From contig JBKHJA010000001.1 in assembly GCA_046538375.1 (NCBI GenBank), positions 1 to 59,189 of the forward strand: a DNA stretch of 59,189 bases, read 5' to 3'. The stretch comes from Candidatus Aminicenantes bacterium (lineage in GTDB: Bacteria; Acidobacteriota; Aminicenantia; Aminicenantales; Aminicenantaceae). The position numbers were made by a program, and so were the translations under genes. Of this stretch, positions 19,473-25,985 are shown in pieces; within the stretch, counting starts at the first letter, position 1, and each line of letters opens with the position of its first letter. The notes beneath the pieces were generated by a model. It worked only from the letters and a program-made list of their open reading frames with translations, was not told where the DNA came from and did no database searches.

Positions 19473-19733
19473 TTAAGATGATGAGACGGATGGAAAGTGG
19501 ATATTTTCTCTAGGAATCGGCATTTCCAAAATGGCAGCCAGTCCCGCGGAAAGGAGAAAAGCTCCGTTTTCCTCCGATGGCATTCTTATCAGCTTATCTG
19601 GCTGTTTTTCCATCACTGATTTTACAATGCTTACCACCCTGGGGGATAATTTGACATCCATTTTCTTCTGTACTATAAGTCTTTTCTCTACCCAGGGAAG
19701 TGATCTTGATCTAGAAATGAGACGGTGGGTCAA
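19473..19733 (-). CDS. hypothetical small protein (doubtful)
   Basis: 86-aa ORF upstream of and co-directional with rpoD. An internal Met at 19661 would give 62 aa. There is no recognisable motif and no convincing Shine-Dalgarno. Confidence 0.2.
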   Translation of the reverse strand: MTHRLISRSRSLPWVEKRLIVQKKMDVKLSPRVVSIVKSVMEKQPDKLIRMPSEENGAFLLSAGLAAILEMPIPRENIHFPSVSSS

Positions 19734-19765
19734 TCTGACCGCATATTCCCGTGTGAAACAAAAAA

Positions 19766-21049
19766 ATGGCTGTGTTTGGGATCAGCGTCCATGTCAAAAT
19801 AATGACGGTCCTGTTTTTGGTTGTTCTGCTTATCATGGCCAGCCATCCAGGCCGAGCCCAGGTGCAGTACCCCTTGCTTTTGGATAAAACCGGTTCTTCA
19901 AAGGCTGGAGCCCACTGTATCATCGCTGCACACAGAGGGATTTATGGACTGGAAAACAGGTTTCTCAACATCAAATGGACCGATGAGGACAATTTTACAG
20001 AAAAAGCAGCGGGAATATCTTTCCGGCTGGGCAAGACCATCCTTCTGGACAATGTTTTAGATCATCTGAGTTTTTTGATACAGCACGAAGTGTTTGGACA
20101 CGGAGCCAGATATCGAGAATTTGGTTATAAGAATAACAGCTACAGACTGAATCTTCTGTTTCCTTATGGAAACGGAAAGGGATGGGCAATAAGAGGGCGT
20201 CCTGAGGTTAACAGGAAAATATCCCCTCACGAAAATATGGCCTCCATCATCGGAGGTTCAGAATCCAATACTGTGTTATCCAATATATTGAGGTTCAAAT
20301 GGCTGCAGAGGGGCAAGATGAATTATCGGGAGACTATCCTGTATCTCTTTTCAGCCAATGATTTGGGTATGTATATACTCCGCACTAAATACAATTTAAG
20401 GGGAGAGGCGGGAAATGACGTTTTGAGTTACTTGACAGCCATAAACACATACCAAGGGTATCCCCATGGGGTTGGATATAAGTTGACTCTGGATAGGCTG
20501 GCCGGTCAGGCCTTCATAAACATGCTCAATCCCTTCAATTATTTTTCTGTTTACGCTTATTTTTATACTTACCTGTGGTCAGGAGAAGAGAATTTCAACA
20601 TACCCATGATCCATATCGGAAATATGAGATACATTCCCTCCTTCCGCCTGGGGTTGAGTCCTTTTGGATCTGAATTTTATTTTGAAAATTTCTTTGCTCT
20701 CTCTTCCGCGGTCATTCATGTTTATTTTCGTTATGGTGACCCCACTTTTCATAAATTTTGGGGATTGGGCCTCCATGGTTTGAACCTGATGCAGGATGAT
20801 AATTTGACCATCCATGCTCAGGTGGACCTGTGGGATCAGCCTTCGCTTCTTCTGGGAGGGGAGACTGTAAAGCCGGGTCCATCCGGTTTGGGAGGAGCCT
20901 TAATGGCCACCCTGTTTTATAAATTAGCAGGAGCCGGTTCCCGCTTTCAGCTGGCAGCCCAAATCGGCTACAAAACAGCGGGATTCCTGGAAGGAGAAAA
21001 TCTCCGGGCCGGATTCATCGCCAGATTGGGCCTCAGTCTGATAGAGTAG
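19766..21049 (+). CDS. hypothetical exported protein with an HExxxH motif
   Basis: 427-aa ORF. It has a hydrophobic signal-like N-terminus (alternative start ATG 19802 gives MTVLFLVVLLIMASHPGRA-QV) and QHEVFGHGARY (H-E-x-x-x-H) about 100 aa in. I do not recognise the family. Confidence 0.55.
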   Translation: MAVFGISVHVKIMTVLFLVVLLIMASHPGRAQVQYPLLLDKTGSSKAGAHCIIAAHRGIYGLENRFLNIKWTDEDNFTEKAAGISFRLGKTILLDNVLDHLSFLIQHEVFGHGARYREFGYKNNSYRLNLLFPYGNGKGWAIRGRPEVNRKISPHENMASIIGGSESNTVLSNILRFKWLQRGKMNYRETILYLFSANDLGMYILRTKYNLRGEAGNDVLSYLTAINTYQGYPHGVGYKLTLDRLAGQAFINMLNPFNYFSVYAYFYTYLWSGEENFNIPMIHIGNMRYIPSFRLGLSPFGSEFYFENFFALSSAVIHVYFRYGDPTFHKFWGLGLHGLNLMQDDNLTIHAQVDLWDQPSLLLGGETVKPGPSGLGGALMATLFYKLAGAGSRFQLAAQIGYKTAGFLEGENLRAGFIARLGLSLIE

Positions 21050-21147
21050 GATGGATGCAGGAAATAATTTCATGGAATTAACATGTGTGCTGAAGCGTCT
21101 CATTATGAATATTCATGATCATCACGGTTTTTGAAATGCTTCTGTGC

Positions 21148-21202
21148 ATTTCTTTTTCCCATCCCTCACCCCTTTCAATCCATATATATTTATACTAATC
21201 AC
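21148..21202. repeat. intergenic repeat family copy A (C-rich orientation)
   Basis: The reverse complement of 21158..21180 (gattgaaaggggtgagggatggg) is identical over 23 nt to 35517..35539, and both are adjacent to an ATATATAT module. This copy is bracketed by 27/26-nt direct repeats at 21121..21147 and 21198..21223. Confidence 0.75.
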
Positions 21203-21326
21203 GGTTTTGAAATGCTTCTGGGCTTGTTTTTTTGACAGGGAAATTTCTGTTTGATATAAGCATAGAGGATGCATCACACAATTGAGGATCATCTTATACC
21301 CAAGAGGACTGAGATAGACAAGGCAA

Positions 21327-22817
21327 ATGCTGAGATTTAAGCTGCCTGGCAGCCGCCTGGCTTGCCTTTTCCTCATCTGGATAGTCTTTCTTTCCCTGTT
21401 TTTCCTAACCTGCTGGGAGACCCCCGAGTCTCTCACCCGGAAAAGGATCAAATCTGTTGAAAAAGGGCTGCTTAAGGCTGTGGTGCTAAGAGGACAAAAG
21501 CTTGAGAAAATGAAACTTTCTAAACGCATGAAATACTACCGGGTATCCGCAGTGAGCTTGGCTGTTATGGATGAATATCAAATAGATTGGGCCAAGGGTT
21601 ACGGGGTCCAAGATAGGAAAGGCATGACCAAGGTAACCAGTGAGTCCTTGTTTCAGGCCGGTTCTCTCAGCCAACCGGTGGCGGCTTTGGGTGCTCTCCA
21701 TTTTGTGAGCACAGGGCGTATGGGATTGGATGAGAATGTCAACCATATCCTGCAGGCCTGGAAGGTTCCTGAGAATCAGTTCACCAGAGAAAAGAAGGTT
21801 ACCCTGAGGGGTTTATTGAGTCACAGTGCAGGCTTGAATGCCTTTAAATTTAAGGGCTACTCCCAAGAGGAAGCCATCCCTTCACTGCTCCAGGTTCTGG
21901 GTGGTCAGAAGCCAACCAACTCCCGGCCCGTCCGGGTGGTCAGCGTGCCAGGAACCCGGATGCGCTATTCTGAGGGAGGGTATGCAGTTTTGCAGCAGCT
22001 CATGGTGGACCTGGAGGGAAAGCCCTTTCCTCAAATCATGGAAGAGACAGTGCTGGAGCCTCTGAACATGAATCACAGCTCCTTTGCCTGGCCTTTGCCC
22101 GTGGGGTTGAGGGAAAGGATGGTTCCTGGTCACCACCGGGATGGACAGAAAGTGGAAGGCGGTTGGTTCCTGTATCCTGAAAAGGCGGCAGCGGGACTGT
22201 GGTCAACCCCTTCTGATTTGGCCCGGTTTGCCATAGCCATCATGGACACAGCCATGGGGAGATCCCAGAGAATCATCTCTCCAAAACTGGCCCGCGCCAT
22301 GTTGACTGTTCAACTTGGAAATAAAGGTTTGGGTTTTTCCATAGGCGATGAGGGGGACAATCTCAATTTCAACCAGAGAGGAAGCAATCAGGGATTCGAA
22401 TGTTATTTGATCGCTTATCCTGTCAGGGGTAAAGGAGCGGTGATCATGACTAACAGTGAAAATGGTGCTTATCTGATTGATGAAATTTGCCGGGCCATTT
22501 CAGAAGCCTATGATTGGCCCCATTTTCAACCCGAAGTCAAAAGCTTGTACAGACTGGATCCCTCTGTCTATGCTCAGTATGTGGGAAAATACGAAGTCAA
22601 TTCCGATTATACCTTGACTGTCACCCACCAAGATTATTACCTGATCATTCAACCCACAGGACAGGCGCCCACCAAATTTTATGTGGAAAACCAGACCACT
22701 TTTTTCTCTACCGATCCTTATATCCAAATCCAGTTTGTCAAAAATGCCCAGGGGGAAGTAAGCGGACTGGTTCTGAGACAGCGGGATACAGGACTGGAGG
22801 CTAAAAAGATAGAATGA
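21327..22817 (+). CDS. beta-lactamase/transpeptidase-fold protein (serine hydrolase family) with apparently degenerate catalytic motifs
   Basis: 496-aa ORF with a signal/lipoprotein-like N-terminus (LFFLTCW). The overall pattern is class-C/DD-peptidase-like (SLFQAGSLSQPVAALG ... LLSHSAGL ... YSEGGY). Confidence 0.8.
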   Translation: MLRFKLPGSRLACLFLIWIVFLSLFFLTCWETPESLTRKRIKSVEKGLLKAVVLRGQKLEKMKLSKRMKYYRVSAVSLAVMDEYQIDWAKGYGVQDRKGMTKVTSESLFQAGSLSQPVAALGALHFVSTGRMGLDENVNHILQAWKVPENQFTREKKVTLRGLLSHSAGLNAFKFKGYSQEEAIPSLLQVLGGQKPTNSRPVRVVSVPGTRMRYSEGGYAVLQQLMVDLEGKPFPQIMEETVLEPLNMNHSSFAWPLPVGLRERMVPGHHRDGQKVEGGWFLYPEKAAAGLWSTPSDLARFAIAIMDTAMGRSQRIISPKLARAMLTVQLGNKGLGFSIGDEGDNLNFNQRGSNQGFECYLIAYPVRGKGAVIMTNSENGAYLIDEICRAISEAYDWPHFQPEVKSLYRLDPSVYAQYVGKYEVNSDYTLTVTHQDYYLIIQPTGQAPTKFYVENQTTFFSTDPYIQIQFVKNAQGEVSGLVLRQRDTGLEAKKIE

Positions 22818-23070
22818 ACCCTGGAACGCCAAGAGTATTAACACTTGACTCCCTCATAGGGCTTTAGTAAAAGTTAAGAGTGTCATCTGGTTCGTTTGTG
22901 GTGTGATGGGCATATATTCATGAACAAGCTTTAAACTTTAAACCATGAATACAACACCGCAACCGGGGAAGCGAAAGCCCTTTTCCGGGTAAGCTAATAG
23001 AAAATTATGCGGAAAATATAAAATCTTACACATCTCCCATACTTTTCATCTAAAGCGAGGAGGTTAATCA

Positions 23071-23421
23071 ATGGCCAAAATGTTAAAAGCAGAAGAGAAA
23101 ACATGGGGGATGGTGGCCCATCTGGCAGCTCTGGCTGGGTTCATCATTCCTTTAGGAAATGTCATCGGCCCACTGATCGTGTGGTTGATCAAAAAAGATG
23201 AGTCACCGTTTATTGAGGATCAGGGGAAGGAATCTCTCAATTTTCAGATTTCCATCACCATCTACTGTATCGTGGCTGCTGTGTTGATCGTGGTGGTCAT
23301 CGGTATTTTCCTTTTGATAGGACTGGCTATTTTAGATCTGGCTTTGATCATTATTGCGTCGGTAAAGGCCAACGGCGGAGAGAAATTCCGCTACCCCTTA
23401 ACCCTAAGGCTTGTCCAATAA
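23071..23421 (+). CDS. small membrane protein, DUF4870-like
   Basis: 116-aa ORF with a GAGGAGG Shine-Dalgarno. It has a WGMVAHLAALAGFIIPLGNVIGPLIVWLIKKDESPFIEDQGKESLNFQIS pattern and two to three TM helices. Confidence 0.75.
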   Translation: MAKMLKAEEKTWGMVAHLAALAGFIIPLGNVIGPLIVWLIKKDESPFIEDQGKESLNFQISITIYCIVAAVLIVVVIGIFLLIGLAILDLALIIIASVKANGGEKFRYPLTLRLVQ

Positions 23422-23617
23422 GTTTTCTTCCCCCGGCCTTTTTCTAGATGGAAGCGTTTGTTTCCCGCAGAAATGGATTCCTTTCCTGCCCTGGAAATAA
23501 TACCAGGGCCACTTGAGTTTCTTTAATCCCGAATTTCCCCATAAAAGCCGTGAAATAAGGGAAAGGGCGGCCCCAGAGGTAAATTAAGACCAATCCTGAA
23601 TCAGAAAGAGGCATGCT

Positions 23618-24451
23618 TTGAAGATTTGCACTTTTAATGTCAATTCCATAAAAGCCAGAAAGGATTTGATTGTCAATTGGCTGAAGCATAGGGAGAATGA
23701 CCTGGATATTTTGTGTTTTCAAGAATTAAAAACAGTGGACCAGGATTTTCCTTACCAGGATTTCGAAAATATGGGATTTTCTTGTGATGTGGCTGGTCAA
23801 AAAGGATACAATGGTGTGGCCATCTGTTCGAAATTTCCCCAGAGAAGGGTGTTAAAGGATGCCATCGAAAAGCACTGGGATGAACAGAAAAGAGTCATAG
23901 CGGTTAAGGTAAAGGGAATCGATCTGATCAATGTCTATGCTCCCCATGGAGATATGAGGGGAACGGATAAATTTCAGTATAAATTGGATTGGTACAAGAA
24001 ACTTTGTGCCTTTCTCCAGCAGCATTACTCAGCCCGCGATTATCTCATGGTGATGGGTGATTTTAACGTGGCCCTCCAAGACAGGGATGTCTGGTCACCG
24101 GAGATCCTGGCCGACTCTATCGGAACCATGCCTGAAGAGAGGCAGGCCTTCCGGGAACTTATGGAGTGGGGTCTGGTCGACGCTTTCAGGCATCTCTATC
24201 CGGATAAAAGACAATTCACCTGGTGGGATTACATCGGCGGCGCCATCTGGAAGGATTTGGGCATGAGGATCGATTATGCCCTCTGTACCAGACCCTTAAT
24301 CGAGAAATTGGAGAACGTGGAAGTGGATTTATGGCCGAGAAGGAGAAGAAAGCCCACCCCTTCAGATCATGCTCCACTCACCGCCGCTTTCGCTCCCTTT
24401 TCAGAAGAGAAAGGCAGGAAGACAAATAGACGGTTCATTCCACAGCGGTGA
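23618..24451 (+). CDS. xth: exodeoxyribonuclease III
   Basis: 277-aa ORF with a TTG start 6 nt after AGAAAGAGG. (M)KICTFNVNSIKAR ... ILCFQELK ... GDFNV ... PSDHAPL are the ExoIII/AP-endonuclease motifs. The 3' end overlaps the convergent SBP gene by 17 nt. Confidence 0.9.
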   Translation: MKICTFNVNSIKARKDLIVNWLKHRENDLDILCFQELKTVDQDFPYQDFENMGFSCDVAGQKGYNGVAICSKFPQRRVLKDAIEKHWDEQKRVIAVKVKGIDLINVYAPHGDMRGTDKFQYKLDWYKKLCAFLQQHYSARDYLMVMGDFNVALQDRDVWSPEILADSIGTMPEERQAFRELMEWGLVDAFRHLYPDKRQFTWWDYIGGAIWKDLGMRIDYALCTRPLIEKLENVEVDLWPRRRRKPTPSDHAPLTAAFAPFSEEKGRKTNRRFIPQR

Positions 24452-25985
24452 ACACGTCGTGCATGTTCATCCGGCCGTCAGGAATGGGACGCCAGCCTTT
24501 CAGTCGTTTCCTCGCACCGTAGATTTCCTTCATGCTGTAGCCAAAAATCCAGGGGGCATCCTGGAAGATGAGATGCTGGGCCTGGCGTAAGAATTGTTTT
24601 CTTTTCTCGGTGTCCATTCCCTTCTCCGCCTTCTCCAGGAGATGGTCCACAGCAGGATTTGAATAACCGGTATAGTTTCCCCTTCCTTTGCTGTGAAGAG
24701 TGGGTTTGAGGATACCGATCGAATCCAGACTGGCATCACCCCAACTGGAAATGAATAGAGTCCGCTCCTGCTTCATAAGAAGAGTCCTGAGCACCCCCCA
24801 TTCCCAAAGCCGCACCTTGGCTTTGACCTTGACCCTGGCCAACTGAGCGGATAGGGCCAGAGCGATTTCGTTCAAGTCCTGCACGGTATCCAGCTCCACT
24901 TCAAGACCATTCTCATATCCTGCTTCTTTGAGCAGCCTCCGAGCCTTCTGGGGATTGTGCTGATAAGGTCTCAGATCATCATGGTAGCCAAATGATCCCA
25001 GCATCAAAGGGCCGGGCAGCCGCACGGCCATTCCTTCCAGGATGGTATTGATGATAGAGTCTATGTCCACGGCATGGTTCATGGCCCTCCGGACTCTGGG
25101 GTCATCAAACGGAGGCCTGGTGCAGTTCATACCCATGTAGAAACTGCGCGTTCCTCGGCAGGAGAGGATGCGGGTGCGGGGATCTTTGGCTATGTTGCTC
25201 ATCAAATGGGGAGGAACCATCTGAATCAAATCGCATTCCCCTGCTTTCAGAGCAGCCACCCGGGTGGCAGTCTCAGGAATGGGTCTGAAGATCAGGGTCT
25301 TTATGCGGGCTTTTCCTGCTGGAGGAATCTCCGGAGAGCCGCCGTAGTATTGATCAAAGCGCTCCATGATGATGTGTTCGCCTTTCCGCCATTCCACGAA
25401 TCGAAAGGGCCCTGCTCCCACCGGATGTTCGGCAAAATAGGATGAGCCCACCTTCTCCACATAATCCTTGGGGATAATTTCTTGAAAAGGAAGCATGGCT
25501 ATCAGGGTGGGCCACGGTTCGCTGGTCTTGATATGGACAGTGTAATGGTCGATTATGTCCACTCCGGTCACCGGCCCCAGAAGGCCTTTCCGGGGCGAAC
25601 TTTGTCCGTCTACAGCTCCCCGGGTGATAATCCGCTCTATGGTGAATTTCACATCTTCAGCGGTAAAGGGTTCCAGGTTGTGGAAGCGGATGCCTTTTCT
25701 CAATTTGAATTCCCAGGTGTTTTTATCAACCAGCCTCCATTTTTCTGCCATCTGGGGCACCACCTTCATGTCAGGCGTGCGGGTGACCAGTCCGTCAAAC
25801 ATGTTGCGTATCACTGTCTCCACCACCCGGTCGCGGTGCATGGCCGGATCCAGGGTGGAGACAGTCTGGGAAAGCCCGATAATCAAAAGCCCCTTGTGTT
25901 GAGGAGATCTGCACCCTGCTGTGGTGGCCAGTCCTATACCTAGAAGCAAAAATAGAGGTTTGGTGAATAATTTTCTCATTGACAT
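24435..25985 (-). CDS. ABC transporter substrate-binding lipoprotein, peptide/nickel/opine family (cluster 5)
   Basis: 516-aa ORF with a lipobox LATTAGC. The DppA/OppA-like pattern includes LDPA...D, and the length is typical of family-5 SBPs. Its start abuts the stop of the upstream fusion gene (25985/25986). Confidence 0.88.
   Translation of the reverse strand: MSMRKLFTKPLFLLLGIGLATTAGCRSPQHKGLLIIGLSQTVSTLDPAMHRDRVVETVIRNMFDGLVTRTPDMKVVPQMAEKWRLVDKNTWEFKLRKGIRFHNLEPFTAEDVKFTIERIITRGAVDGQSSPRKGLLGPVTGVDIIDHYTVHIKTSEPWPTLIAMLPFQEIIPKDYVEKVGSSYFAEHPVGAGPFRFVEWRKGEHIIMERFDQYYGGSPEIPPAGKARIKTLIFRPIPETATRVAALKAGECDLIQMVPPHLMSNIAKDPRTRILSCRGTRSFYMGMNCTRPPFDDPRVRRAMNHAVDIDSIINTILEGMAVRLPGPLMLGSFGYHDDLRPYQHNPQKARRLLKEAGYENGLEVELDTVQDLNEIALALSAQLARVKVKAKVRLWEWGVLRTLLMKQERTLFISSWGDASLDSIGILKPTLHSKGRGNYTGYSNPAVDHLLEKAEKGMDTEKRKQFLRQAQHLIFQDAPWIFGYSMKEIYGARKRLKGWRPIPDGRMNMHDVFTAVE

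Noticed and set aside
21122-21529. 135-aa minus-strand ORF
   Set aside because: It covers repeat copy A and its direct repeats and overlaps the 5' end of the plus-strand hydrolase gene, so it is likely spurious.
23444-23722. 92-aa minus-strand ORF between the DUF4870 gene and xth
   Set aside because: It overlaps the xth start region, has no Shine-Dalgarno and has no recognisable features.
24435-24451. 17-nt convergent overlap of the xth and SBP 3' ends as a regulatory feature
   Set aside because: Short convergent overlaps are common in compact genomes. The extended basic tail of Xth may simply reflect a late stop codon.
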